NCBI GenBank assembly: GCA_000708835.1
Contig: DF237222.1
Span: 1-64,000 of the forward strand
Direction of reading: 5' to 3'
Length of the DNA: 64,000 nt
Source of the DNA: Klebsormidium nitens
Lineage: Eukaryota > Plantae > Klebsormidiophyceae
Below the pieces are notes generated by a model. The model was not told the origin of the DNA. It searched no databases and saw only the letters and a list, made by a program, of their open reading frames with translations. Of the stretch, positions 37,801-52,863 are shown piece by piece; within the stretch, counting starts at the first letter, position 1, and each line of letters opens with the position of its first letter. Both the position numbers and the translations under genes were made by a program.

Positions 37801-39720
37801 TTTTGTCAATTCAGATACTTAGCATGGTCATCACGACTGCAAAGTCAAGACTCCAAAAGCCACATAAGCATTTCTTCACAACCTTGCCAAAATATGAGAA
37901 ACGAGATCCCTAGCATGGACAGAACCTTACCTGTGGCGCCCAATTTTAGGGGATTGACTGGCGAGCAGAGAGCCTAACTTAACATGGATGTCCAGAGACT
38001 GCTAATGCTGACGTAAGCACGCTGACGTCACCTGTGTTGGTGTAAGGCGACAGCTTGCTGGGGACAGTAGTGCGGGGCGGGCGGGCCAGCAGGGTTTGCG
38101 CCACCAAAAATGGGTTAGGGTCTTGGATGTCAGGGGGAGAGGTAGCTGCGAAAGTTAATTCAAAAGAAAGGTTTAGTACGCAGGTCATCGATGAAAGAAG
38201 CTGTGCCGTAAGCAAACGCCCAATTGCAAAGCATCCCCTGCGAATATTACTTGAATAATGAAGGTTGAAAATGCAAATGATAGCGATTCCTTACAAATTG
38301 GGAGATAGGAATTATGCAGAATATGGTGGGAGAGTTATGGTCAGCTTGAATGCATTGATTCCTCCTTGCGACAAGCTCAAGAATCTTCTAATGCTCCAAC
38401 CTCAAAGCATCTGACAACCCCTTCTCCAGCTAGCGCCAGGTAGCCAATGTATGTAAATCTTTTCCCACAATAGACCAAAACAAGAAACTCAATGGAGCTA
38501 TCAGAAGCTCAAAACTTAGACCAAGGCATTGTGCATAATGCAGGCACCAAGGCTGTTGTTATGGACTGAGGTTGGTGTAAATCTGCTCACCACCCTTAGC
38601 GTTGATCTCGTTCTGCGGTACCATGTTGCGCCCAAAGAAGGAGCCATACGCCCCTGCCTGCGCGTCGTCTGGGTCATTGTGGGTGCCGTCCAATGAGCGA
38701 TACGTGAAGGCCTTGGGATCGAAGCTGAACTTCTGGTCTGCAAGAGAACAAGCTTGTAAGGGAGTCAGAGTCAGAGTCAACCTTTTAGTAAGTTGACAGA
38801 GGGGCATTAAAACCGAAGGCTCCTCACAGTAAATCACCTGCTTCTTGATTAGCTACTTTATGCAATGAAGATGGGGGGCCTGCTGAGGCTTGCTCAGGTA
38901 CTGGCCTTACGTAGAGTGAGCAATAATGCAATCCAGATGATCTAGAGTGAGTGATTGAGCTACCATCCTGTTTGAAAAGAACATGGGCATCAAACACAAC
39001 TTTACTTCCATCTTGTTCCCCAAAGTTATTGCTTTTTCAACCTTTGGACCGGGGTTTGTTACGTGCTCTCCCATTCTGCCTTCATTGAGCTTCATTGAAA
39101 ATGGAATCTGGATAAGAATCTGGATCCGTCGCACAGAAGAGACAGAAGTGGGGTGCATTATGGAGTTTCAGGTTGGCCCTCCCTGTGGGGGTCTGTTTCA
39201 GCCCTGAAGACCTTTCCAGATTGAAGATCAACCTCCTACGCGATGTAATGTAGAGACCATCAAACTAGAAGCACAAATGAAAGTTTCTCACATCCCCACC
39301 TTCTTAGGATGTGTACATATCTTCAGCTGTAAGAGACATTCTCAATTCTTGCCATTACATCCAGATCTCAGATTGTAAAGCAGCTAGGGGCTGCTTCTAC
39401 CTTTTCTCAAACTCAGCTGGCAAATAAGTTGCTGATATTCATGCATCCTCAAAAACATGTTCTGTATCACTTTCCATCTCCACCAGCTTCAAAAGGCTCT
39501 CAAAGGAAATCATCTTCTTGCAAGGGAGATTGGTTCGCTTGCCTTTGCCGACTGGCTTCAGATTGTTGCGTTGCATCAGGTGCTTCCGCGCATCCAGATA
39601 CAGGACCCCGAGGATCACCGGCATACGGTACCACGGCCAAATGCGGTCCACCAACAGCAGGAACTGCACCAGAAGCTTGTCCGACCATGACATTTGCGGG
39701 CGCGCCACAACGTTCCCCAT
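31886..39720 (-). CDS. DOX1: Alpha-dioxygenase (heme peroxidase/cyclooxygenase family fatty-acid dioxygenase), about 649 aa, 12 exons
   Basis: Exons 39720-39543, 38737-38591, 38145-38032, 37518-37302, 36851-36648, 36175-36023, 35708-35480, 34699-34498, 34109-33982, 33356-33235, 32823-32702 and 32019-31886 total 1950 nt in frame. Motifs YRSLDGTHND, WIQFMIHDWFDH (distal His), EEFCSVYRMHSLLPD (catalytic Tyr and proximal His), RDRERNVPRYNNFRR, DLLVGMQAE and SRRLEADRFFT. The symbol marks the family; orthology to DOX1 versus DOX2 is not established. Confidence 0.93.
32000..32460 (-). repeat. Three intronic degenerate copies of the acceptor and start of the alpha-dioxygenase last exon
   Basis: Plus-strand GGCGGAGT..A.GTCTGCAGAG at about 32018 (real), 32155, 32289 and 32441, spacings 137, 134 and 152. 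The nearest copy translates DMHSAFLTPKGIS against the real DLYSAFLASKGIS. Confidence 0.9.
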
Positions 39721-40180
39721 CCTAGTTGCTCCGCTTCTAGCTGGCAAATTTGCGGTCTCACTTATCTGCGGGCCCACCTGATGACGGACAATGCGAGCAT
39801 ACAAGGGAACTGTGAAGGATTCGTGGGGTAAAAGGTAGGTTGTGGTCGGATCCGAAGCTGCTTTGATTGGGGTCGAATGCAACTGAGCTATAAGCTTTAC
39901 ACAGAAGAAGCGAGCTCCCTGCCGCGTTGTTATAACGCTGCTCCGTCACCATGGTGTTGAGGTTGACTCCCGAGTCCCCACACACTAGCATCAAAGTTTT
40001 GTGTTGAAATTTGGGCTCCTTCATCATTGTAGCCGCTGCATTATGGAGCTAGACCTTGCACTGCTTTGACTTTCTGCTCGAAACTGTCCAGATTCCGTGC
40101 AGAACTCGTTCCGAAGCCGGGCGCATTTATGATATATTCTCTTAGCAATGATTAGATCCGAGCAAAGAAGGTCAAGCCCC

Positions 40181-40224
40181 GGGGAAGGGTGGGGTTAGTT
40201 GGGTGGTTAGGGTGGGTTCAAGGG
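40181..40224 (+). promoter_or_regulatory. G-quadruplex-capable G-tract cluster upstream of alpha-dioxygenase
   Basis: GGGGAAGGGTGGGGTTAGTTGGGTGGTTAGGGTGGGTTCAAGGG contains seven runs of 3 or more G with short loops, about 460 bp upstream of the predicted ATG. Function not shown. Confidence 0.45.
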
Positions 40225-40842
40225 CGGACTCTGCGGAGCCGCGAGCGCATAAAAATGCGGGTTAAAGTTTCCGGTTCGTTTCTGCCCGGTACAATATTAC
40301 CTTATGGGTACCTGCTCGTGAATCAGAGAGCTTGAACAGAATCTTCAGATCCTTGTTTCCCAATTTGTGAGATCTCGCTTGCACTTCATAATGATCGTGA
40401 GAGCCTTTTCACAGATTATACGTCTGCAGTGCCGCGTTTGTATCTTGTAGGACTAGTGCCCCGATCGTGTTAGGACCCGGCATTGAGTCAAGATAAACTT
40501 TGCTTAGATATTGCCCACAAATATCATTGGGGCAACGTGTTGGCATATACTAGATTTGTGCGTGCATGCCAGCTAGTGAGATGCATATAGGATTCGAGCA
40601 CAGTTGTAAACCTAATAAGAGCCTTTCCGGCGTCCATTGCTCGAATACAAGGTTGCTATGCCGTATACTATGTGCCGTGCATGCCTGATTCACAGGTACG
40701 TTGATCGTAGCAGCAGTTCTGTCCAGCTACACACCTTGTTCAAAGTGTAACTCGCGCGTTGGCTTTGCACCGCAAGCAGGTAACATGAGGGAGATATGAG
40801 AACAGCTATGGATTTGGATGACATGGTGTCACAAGATCAACT

Positions 40843-43129
<2,287 letters not shown>

Positions 43130-43841
43130 GCCTCCGCCTCAAGACGTCCCAACCATTTGAGCCCACCGGATCGACCCTGGCGGAATGTCCACCACAATGC
43201 TTCCTAAAGTGCAAAATGCTGCAATGCGGTGATGCGGAGCTTTGTAGTGGCCCACACAGACTTCTTCAGAATCAAAGCAATCCGTCTCGGTCTGAGGGTG
43301 AGAATCAAATTGTGGCTCAAGGTCGAATGGTGACGCAAAGCTGCTGATCGAGCTCACAAGCACGCAGGCTGGTATATGTAGGCTACCTTGACACCGGACG
43401 GATACGGATGTGGTTACTGGTACCGCCTACGCCAGAGAGCTGATTCGGGGGGTACCGTTTTTACCACGTGGAGACATCCGATGCATTCTATTGGCTACTT
43501 AGCTTTGTGAAATCGAGTATAGAACACAGTCGGTTTGATAGTCTTCTGCCTCTGTACCTATCTTGTGCATGGTGTGCACAAGGACTCGGAGATGGAGGAG
43601 GCTGCACTTTGAGATTGAAGGAGGGAGAGACGGCCAGAAAGTTGGTGCTGCGTTGTGGAACTTAAAGCCAACCGAACAATACGACAGCATTGAACCAAAG
43701 ATGCACAGAGGTTTTGTATCTCATTTCTAGAAACAAGCGTTCAAGAAGCAGAACGGCACAAGGGGGTGGTCGAAGTCCTCTGCAGCTATTCCCATGCTAG
43801 AAAGGGCCAGCCGGTTCATCGAATTGATTGATACAAGACAG

Positions 43842-44933
43842 ATGGCAAGCTCCAGTGCAGCTAGGTGCGCAGCTGTGTCCAACTGCGGTGTGAGGCCCAA
43901 ACACGGGACCAATCAGAGGAGGAGAGTTGATGTCAGTGTGAGATCTGCAGAATGCGCCCCTCATTGGCACAATTGCTCCTTCCAGATCAGATCCCCTCCT
44001 AGAGTAGGGCCCAACCAGACAGCTCCTCAGCGGTTTCAGCCTCTCAGAATCAGTACCATATCTATTTGTTCGTTCACCCCACCTTTAAGAAGTTCACAAA
44101 CGGAGCCCCAGCGATGCCAGATAGTTCATACTAAAGCTTTGGGAAGGGGGAGACAACTGAGAGAGGTGCGGAGTCGTATCCGCTGTGCTGCCAGCAATCA
44201 TGGGGAGGGAGCAGAAAGTTCTCCCGACGAGTTTGACATCAAGAGACTGGAAAGTTACACAGAGCTTGTCCCTGGGGAGGTGCTTTCTGTGAGGGCGGAA
44301 GTTGATGGCGAGGATGATGAGGTGATCATCTTCAAGGTGAGTCATCATGCTGTAGGTGCAGAGCCCGCCAGCCACTCCTATTGTACAATGACCTGATAAG
44401 CACAACAGATGCGCTGTCTGCGGTCTCTGGTATCTACTTTCGATGCTGATAAGCCTGATACGCCGTTTTGATGTCCTGATCTCACTGTGCAGCTCACAGG
44501 CCACATCATGCGGGCAGTGCTAATTCAGCCTTTTAAGTAGCTGCCTGTGACTTGGAACTTGAAATCATCGTTTGGAGTCTTTTACGATCTTGTTGGCAGC
44601 TTGTCTCATCACAATCTTCCTGCGTTGAAGTGAAACTAGTCTTTGCAGCCTACACTCTCTCCTCAAACACGTCTATCCCACATGCCTGGTTCCTTGTCGG
44701 CCTGATAGAATATTCTGACTTGACCAATCAAGCCAATGGATGTGCAGGGATTTTCGTCATCGTTGATGAGACCGACTGCTACCGATCCTGGGGAGCCAGT
44801 TCTTCCAAAAAGCGCAAAAGTAAGCGGAATTGATCGGATAAAGGCACCTTACAAGCCAGCAAACATTGTATATATGGAACAAGACGTGAGTTGGCAAGAT
44901 TTCCAAGAAAGGCTAGACAAGGCGGGGCTTTGA
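43842..44933 (+). CDS. Small conserved protein with a long Ser/Arg-rich N-terminus resembling a plastid transit peptide, about 226 aa, 2 exons
   Basis: Exon 43842-44336 ends EVIIFK|gtgagt. Exon 44748-44933 reads GFSSSLMRPTATDPGEPVLP...IDRIKAPYKP...WQDFQERL. The joined IFKGFSSSLM motif recalls uncharacterised cyanobacterial/plant proteins, from memory and unverified. Confidence 0.75.
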
Positions 44934-46194
44934 GAAAGTACGTTGCGGCAGATTATTATGTCTGTGGCCGGCCATCATTGATATCTGACCGCGACACAAA
45001 GAGTTGCAGACATGGCAGGTGGTGCCAGGCTAAGCTCACGTGGAGGCGGCACAACTGTCAAGCTTGGTATTTCATTTAGCAATTCTACTGGCACGGTGTT
45101 GCTTCAAGCACGCCCGAGCGATTGCAGACGGAATGATGGTATTGCGTGTTTATCAATTGTTACGAACCTGCCTTCAGCGCATAGATTATTGTCAACTGCA
45201 TTGTATCTGTATACCGTGTAGCTGTAACAGAATACAAGATTTTGTCGGTATCAATCACACTGCATGCAAAAGTACCGGCAATCTCGCTGATCACATGATT
45301 TCGAACCATCTCAATTTGCGCTTTGATTGGAAACTGTGTCATCCACACACCGTAAACTTGAGCGCTTCCATGGCAATCGATGATATCACTTCATATGATC
45401 GAGTGCAATATCATAATCGGCAATTAGCTGAGAATGCATGTGAGCTTGAATTCTCTGTGATACAAGAATTACTAGCCTATTCATATATAGCCCGGGCATG
45501 CTAGGCTATGTTATAAGCGATATTCAGCATGCAATCGTGCATCGATCGACTCAGGTATATGTTGAAATTCGATGCTTCTCGATCAAATAAAAAATAAGAA
45601 CTAACGAGCCCTGCCAACCTCTTATGATAACTGATTGCTCCACTCCAGTCAAAAAACTTCATACACAAGCATTAGAGCCGTCTTAGTTAAGCTACCTAAA
45701 TCTACATGGTCTATAAGTTTGGCTTTCTGCTAGTAATCCCTCTTCTATGATCGCTCTCTTAAATCGTTCAATTCATAATCTGCCCTGCATATCGCATCAA
45801 TCAAACCTGGTAAGATGCATAATCTAAAGACCATGTGCGTGCCTGACTAACAAATATGCGCCGAGACCATTTGTACTGAAGGCTGTGGGAGGGGTTGCAA
45901 GGCTTCATGAAACTGTTCGAGTGCCGTCTTCGCTCGATCCTGTGAGGACAATTGAAAGTTGTTATCTCCTGACGAGCGTTCACTTTACCTATTTTCTCCA
46001 TCTTCGAGCGCGATCCAACCAAATCTGAAGCTTCTTAGCTGCATTAGCAGATGTAGACTGGCATGCACAATACTCTTTCTCAACGAGAAAAGCAACCTCG
46101 TGCTAATCACACAATGAACTCACCCAACCAATGCTTCTACGAAAGACCACCGGTCCATCTCGCGAGAAATACGAAACCGTGCCGGAACGGGGAC

Positions 46195-49100
46195 TCAGAT
46201 GGCGGTACAGACGATCACCAGATCGTTCTTGACCGCACGCCTCTTTTGGAGGCAGCAATAACGACGAAACAATGTTGAATATAGAAAATGCTGATTCGAC
46301 CCCAACCAAAGTCAGGGAGGGTACCTGGACGTCTGAGCACGGGTCACTGAGCAGCTTGTGCAGTTGCGCGTCCAATCCAAGGCGCCGTAGTCGCTCGATT
46401 CGGCTCCTGACGTTCCCTCCTTTCGAGTAAGTCAGATTGATCAGAACCCTGCGCGCAGGACGGAAACAAAAAGGTCAGGCGACCATGTAGGCTTGAGAAG
46501 AGGAAGCGGTTTACACGTTGGCGCTAGCATGGAACAGCTGTAACGAGGGGCTCTTCAAAGATCGTAATGGATCCACCCCTTAGTAGCTGAGCGGTTTACA
46601 GCGTTTTTGATAATGCCAACTCAGGACAGTCGTCAGAGTATCATCTCAGAAGGAACCGTGGATGAAATGTATTTCGGTAATGAGAAGACTTACAAGAGAA
46701 CCCTCAAGAACGCAAGGACTCAAGCCATCTTTCAAGCCAATTTGATGACTTGATTGAACTTAAACTGGACTTCGACCAGACCGACTTTTGTAAATTGATT
46801 CATCCAACTCCTGTTGAAGAATGCTCGATCCGTCCCGTCGTGGGAAGAACAGAAGCTGTGACCAAAAAACAGACCGCAACATTCATTCAATCCACGAGCC
46901 CACAAGGCTGCCGCCGCCCTGATCGCATGGATCATTGAGCAGAAGCGAAGCAGCGAAAGCGACCTTTGAGGAACAGAAACGAGATCGCTCTTTAAGCCTC
47001 AGAGGACACCGGCCGTAGGACGACCGGAAGTCGACTAGAACAGCAAGATGCAAGTAACTGAGGGAGAAAGGAAACACTGTTTCTGAAACTCACCAGACTG
47101 CGGCGACGCGGATCTGCGGGTTGCTTTCGTCGGCCAGAAAGCGCCCCAGCACGCTTGGTGTACACGTCGCCATGACGCGCTCTTTATGCTCCTCTGTCCC
47201 CGTTGCCACGTTGACCATGACGTAGAGCGCCTGCAAGCGAGATGCGAGTTTCAGAGGCACCAACAACAGCGGGAAGAGCATGCGAGCACCAGCGAAATGA
47301 GTTCGAATGGAGCGCTTTGCTGGCCGTCTGAAAACGAGCCAGCAGAACGAGGTACACTCATCTTCCTCAACGTGTATGCTAATTCAGCAATGGCTACGGA
47401 CATAGCAGGAGAATAAGAACAGACCCGAATTGGCGCGCAGCCTTACCTGCACGCACACCTCGGGCCGTGCGCCGCTCGCGAGCTTCCGGTCCACTACTTC
47501 GAGTAGGCCCGTCTCCGGACGGACTGCCGCCTCAATGTCCTCCGGCTGTGAAGGACGGAGAGAAAGAGTGTGTTAACTGGCAGCTCGGGATTTTCAGATC
47601 GGTGTCGGTTGCAGGCGATCGGTTGTACAAAACCTGGGCGACCTCAATCTTCATACGGAAGATAGTGCTCAAGGGACTGTCGAAAATTACCGATGACGGG
47701 TCGGGAAACCCTTGTATGCACGTAACGCTGGGCTTCAGAACCAGACTCAGAATCTCCGGAATTCTTGAGCCTATTCGCTGTGCTTTTACCAGCTACCCAC
47801 ATTCAAAAGGCCTTTCTCCTCAACGACGTTTTGGAGCGCTCCCAGCTGCGCTAGAAACCAAAAAGTGGTCCTACGCTTTCCTTTCTGAAGCGCGAGAAAG
47901 TGGCTACTTTCTGATACGCGACGCTGTGTACCTAAAAACGATTACTTCCACCTTTCCATGCACCACCTTCAGCATTCAGCTTTGATGTTGGAAGCCTAAC
48001 ATTAATGATATCCTGATCTTAAATACCAACCCTAGACTCTGAACCCCAAATCCGCTCACCGTTCCATGCACCATATTTCGCACCAGCATCAGCGCCCTGC
48101 TCTTGAACTCTGTCCTCGAAGTCTCATGCAAGCTCGGTCAGCTTCAACAAAAGCCCTAATCCTGACAGAAAACTACAGACTCTTGAATACCAAACCCCAG
48201 ACTCTGATCACAGAACCCCCTCACCTTCCCGTGCACCAAATGTCGTACCAGCATCAGCGCCTGCTCTTGGACGCCATCCTCAAGGTGCAAGCCGTCAGCT
48301 TTTGAATAGCCCCAGTCCTGATGAAAAGCCCGCACTCTTAACGTCATTTTCCAGACTTTAAAACCCCATTCCGCTCACCTTTCCGTGCACCAATTTCCGC
48401 ACCAGCATCAGCGCCTGCTCTTGCACTCCGTCCTCGGGGTCCTGCGCGAGCGTCGTCAGCTTTAAGGGAATTCCTGGTTCTAACATCCTCAACAACCAAG
48501 ACCCTCAAACCCTGAAACCGTAAGGCCTTAACACTATGTAATCCCTCACCTTTCCGTGCACCAGATTCCGCACCAGCATCAGCGCCTGCTCTTGGACGCC
48601 GTCCTCGGGGTCCTGCGCGAGCGCCGCGAGCGTGGGGTATCCGACCTCGCGCATCACGCGCGCTTTCGTTGCGCTGTCGGCCATGAAGAGCAGGTTCTTG
48701 AGCGCCCACACCGCGTTCAGCCGGAGGGTGGCGTCCATGCTGTGCGCCAGCGACGCCAGCTGCGCGACGCCGCCGCCGTCCAGAACGACCTGCTGTATAG
48801 GAGAAAAAGAAACTTTTCAGAATAGACAAAATCAAGTTACCGCTGACACAGAGGATATTCACCGACGCCGCATCAGCAGGAGCTGTGCGCCAGCGCGGCC
48901 AGCTGCACGACGCCGCCGCCCCCGTCCAGGACGACCTGCTGTGGGGGAGAAAAATACGATTTTTAGAAAGGGAAGAAAGAAGCCAATATAGAAATAGGCC
49001 TCCACTGACACGGAAGATATTGACCGGTGCCGCAACCAGCCGTAGGGTCGGGTCCATGCTGTGCGCCAGCATGGGCAGCTGCGCGACGCCGCCTCCGTCC

Positions 49101-52100
49101 AGGACACCCTGCTGTTGGTGAGAAAAAGACACTCTTCGAAAAAGGAAAAACTAAGCGAAGATAAGTATAAGAAAAGGAAATAATGAACCAAGATAACGTA
49201 GCGCTGGGAAGTTGAGCGCGATGTTGCACAGCGTTGCGGATGCGGTTGCCTGCATGCTCGGGTCCAGATCGCGAAAATGATACAATCTGAATACACCGAA
49301 ACCGAAGCTTGAAAGTTTCAAAACTTTGAACTCACCAATCGTAGTGGTCAGAAATCGAGCATGATGTTGTGGACGCGGTCGCCTGCACGCTCGAATCTCG
49401 GTTCCCCAACACCAGCCAAAGAGCGACGACAGCACATAAGTAAGTAGTGCAATAAGAGAGGAACAAAATAAAGATGACCCAACTTTGAACTCACTGATCG
49501 TAGCGGTGAGAAGTCGAGCACGATGTTGCACAGCGTGGCGGATGCGGTCGCCTGAACACTCGGATCCGGGTCGCCCAGCAGCTTGAACAGCGGCTCCGCT
49601 ATGGAGGCGTCGACCAGGGAGGTGCGCAGGTTTTTGACGGAGCGGGAGAGGCTCTTGGTGCACGCGCAGGCCGCGGCGCGGACACCCGGGGCGGCGTCCT
49701 CCAGGCCCGAAATGACGGGGAGAAGGGCGCTGCGAAAAAAAGCCACACCTAGTTCTCATGAAGCAAGCGGATGCGTAGCCTGGGGCGGCGTCTAAGCCCG
49801 AGGTATCAGGAGAAAGGACGCTGCGACAAGACACCAGAATTGACCACAGTCCCGCACGAGCGGATGCATGATGCGTGCTCTTGATGAATCTGTAATCGCT
49901 TGCCAGAATGCGACTTTCTGCTGAAGGAAATCAAACGTCCAATGCGGGTCAGAAGGACGAGAGGTCCGTATATAACGAACCTTAAAACGGCAGCATTTCC
50001 AACGGCTCCGCTCGTTAAAATCTTATAAGCTCTGACCCTTCCCGGCCACTCAAGCGAACACCTATGTCTGCGAGGTGAAAGTTGCACTGAACTTGTCAAG
50101 CGTCGTCAACATATGAGGATCGACCCTCGACGCTTTCACCTCCCGCTGTCGAGCGCGTACTTCCTTCCCGCAGCTTGGAGCCCAATAACCACTTCCGTCG
50201 GTGATCGATCGTAGGATAGATTCTTGCAGACTTGGCTCTGTCACAGTCCTCCCGCTCAAGATATGCTGCGAAGAATATCAACTCTGATCAATCCAGATCC
50301 CGTCGAGAAAACTTACCGAGACTCGACCAGTTGCCGCCGGCCCTCCTCCCGCGTGGAGCAAAGGGCCGCGAGCGCGTGGAAGATGTTCTCTCGATGCCGG
50401 GGGGTCAATACCCCGCTCCCGGCCGCTAGCTTTCCCGACAGCTTCCCGATGGCGTCTGCGTCGCAGGCCAGCTTTTGGAGGTCCTCACTGTCCGCGATAA
50501 AGTGAGCCAGCACGCTGGGGGCTTCTTCGCCAGCCTACAGAGAGCTCAGACATATCGGGAAAAGGGGGAAAAGGAAGAAAAGGGAAATAAAGAAGCAATT
50601 CGCGGAATGTAGAAAACATGGAGTGTCATCCAAAGTGCTGGCTTAAGCAAAGGGATGAACGACGTTTTTCGAGTTAGCTGCTGACAAGGTGGTCGACCAT
50701 TGGGGGATGGCGTACGGGGCCTAGTCCCGGCCTGACGAAAGAAAGACGTTGGAATGTGAACGAGATCGTAGAAGCTGAGGCACTACAAGTGACAAAAGAG
50801 AACGAATGAGACTCTAAGGGAACTAGCGTCAGAGGAACACAGATTTTGTGGTGTCAGCCTGGCAACATTGGGGGCGAATCCCATGAGCGCCCCCGCTTGT
50901 GCGACAAAGCCCGTCTCGGTTGTTGCCATCCTATTTGTGATTCACTTGGTGCAAAAAGTCGGTGACACTCTCTTTGAAAATAGACGCACTTGCCGATTTA
51001 AGCTGACTCGAAGCTTCTGTCGAGAGCCATCATCAGAGAAAGAAGCTTCAATAAGAGAGAGAACTCACAACATGAGCCGCAAAAATACATGTCCGCAACC
51101 AGCCACCGTGTTGAGGACCCTTCAGTCGAGGTAAAATAAGATCGTGGAAGGCAATGCCCTGCCCTCACCTCGCCTGGACAGTCCACCAGCTTCACAAGCG
51201 CACTGATCACCGCCGCCGCCACGTCCCTTGCCGATCCCGGCGGCCCTGTCGTCCTCTCCGTCCCGTACTCTGGACACGTCCGGCTGATGTTTGCCACACA
51301 TGCGCACGCCAGCAACCGAGACTTTCCTGACCTCTCCTTGACTGTCGGGATGATCACTGTGAGAAAGGGGTTCCCCGGAGCGTTGAGCAGTGCTCGGGAT
51401 TGCTGCTCGTCGTTGCGCGTGAGGGAAGCGATGGCGTCGAGAGCGGTCTCGACCTTGCGAGGGTTGGGGTGAGTGAGAAGATGAAGGAGGCCCTGGAGGG
51501 CGCCGGCTTGGGCAATGGCGGCGCGTTGCTCCGGGAAGTCGCAGCACCTGCAAAGGGAGTGGCAGCAAATGTAAGATATGTACTGTTTGACACAAACAGC
51601 AGATTATGTAGACTTAAATCGATCATCTGGATTATATTGTTATACTACTGATCAATTATGATAGATGAATCCAAGAATGACAAGCCCCCACTCGAGAATG
51701 GAGCTATCATGTCAGAGTATGGAACTCTTCAAGGGAGGTTCCAGCGTATCACCGCTTAGTTACCGTCTATATGCAACTCTAGGGTACTGGACGGCTAACA
51801 GCAATCGGTATCAAACGTTTGGTGTCCGTACATGTGCAAGGCATGATATACATATGTAAGGCATGGCGCAAGTTGTCAAAATGCCGCTTGGAGAGGGCCA
51901 AAAGACTGAGGGGACAGCACGCATTAGGAAGGTATGCCTAGTCCAGATCAAAAAGAATGTCCGATGAGAGAAGCAAGGCTGCGCAAAATGGTGGAAGATC
52001 TACGGGGAATCTCAGCTCAAAATAGGGGAGGTGACACCATACGATGTGAATAGGGCCTGACGACAAGACGTGCCAGTGCACTAAGTTTTCCAAACAGTAC

Positions 52101-52863
52101 TTAATTCGTGCACGACTCTTTCAAGGTGGTGCAAGCTTTTTCTCAGTGAAAGACTGCTTCCCGAATAGTTTCAAAAGCACAACGAAATCATGGTGTACAT
52201 ACCAATAAACGCGGTTCCAGCTGGAAAGGAGCTGCAAGGTGACATCCTCGAGTTGCAAGGAAGGGTACGATTCAGATTCAGGAGGAAAGTACGAGCTCCC
52301 CCACAGGTGTGTAGCTGAGCTTCGCAATCAGGTGAGAAATCAGAAATGTCAAGGAAGGAACTGGATGCACTTCCTCACCGTGCAAGCACACTGGCCGCTA
52401 CTTCAGAGATGTCATCGTTTGCACTGGCCAGCAACCGCAGAATATTTTCGAGCGCCCCCCCGGATCTGAAGAAGGTGGCCCCCTGCGGTGCAAGCTGCGT
52501 CTGGAAGATCATGCGCAGCGACCGCGCTCCCGCTTCCACGACCCGCTCATCTCCGTTTGAAAGGGTATTCAGAAGGTGAGGAAGACAGCCGCTATCAAGA
52601 ACTGCCCTGACGCCAGAGTCTATCCCGCACGCGAAGCTGCCGACCGCCGCTGCAGATTGGACGAGGAGATTCGTCTCTGTGTCACTGGCAAGAATCTCAG
52701 CAACTCGGGGGACAGCGCCTAGCTTGATGTAGCAAAGCTTCTTCGACCTGTTTCCAATGATCTGGTTCTTGACGTCGCGCAGCGCTTTCAGGCGCGCAGA
52801 GGTGTCCCCAGAGGACAGGTTTTCAACAATATCCTCCGGCCGAGAGCGAGCTGAGGCAGGCAT
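46195..52863 (-). CDS. ARMC8: Armadillo repeat-containing protein 8 (ARMC8/GID5, CTLH E3 ligase subunit); last exon uncertain
   Basis: Exons 52863-52379, 51547-51169, 50534-50317, 49729-49495, 48792-48550, 47545-47447, 47230-47094 and 46448-46325 splice in frame for 640 codons. Motifs ALRDVKNQIIGNRSKK, QSAAAVGSFACG, KSLSRSVKNLRT, TLCNIVLDFSP and LRLNAVWALKNLLF. A short final exon ending at 46195 is a guess. Confidence 0.88.
48050..49500 (-). repeat. Three arrays of degenerate exon-end copies in ARMC8 introns
   Basis: Donor-side copies CTCACC.TTCC.TGCACCA...CACCAGCATCAGCGCC at 48055, 48220, 48374 and 48545 (real). Acceptor-side copies GTCCAG.AC..CCTGCTGT at about 48788 (real), 48934 and 49107. 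Donor-side copies of the previous exon (CGATGTTG...GCGG...CCTG) at about 49200-49270 and 49330-49410. Confidence 0.92.

Noticed and set aside
39758-40027. Upstream ATG ORF as an extra first exon of alpha-dioxygenase
   Set aside because: The available donors did not give a phase compatible with the acceptor near 39778. It may be a uORF or 5' UTR sequence, but this is unsupported.
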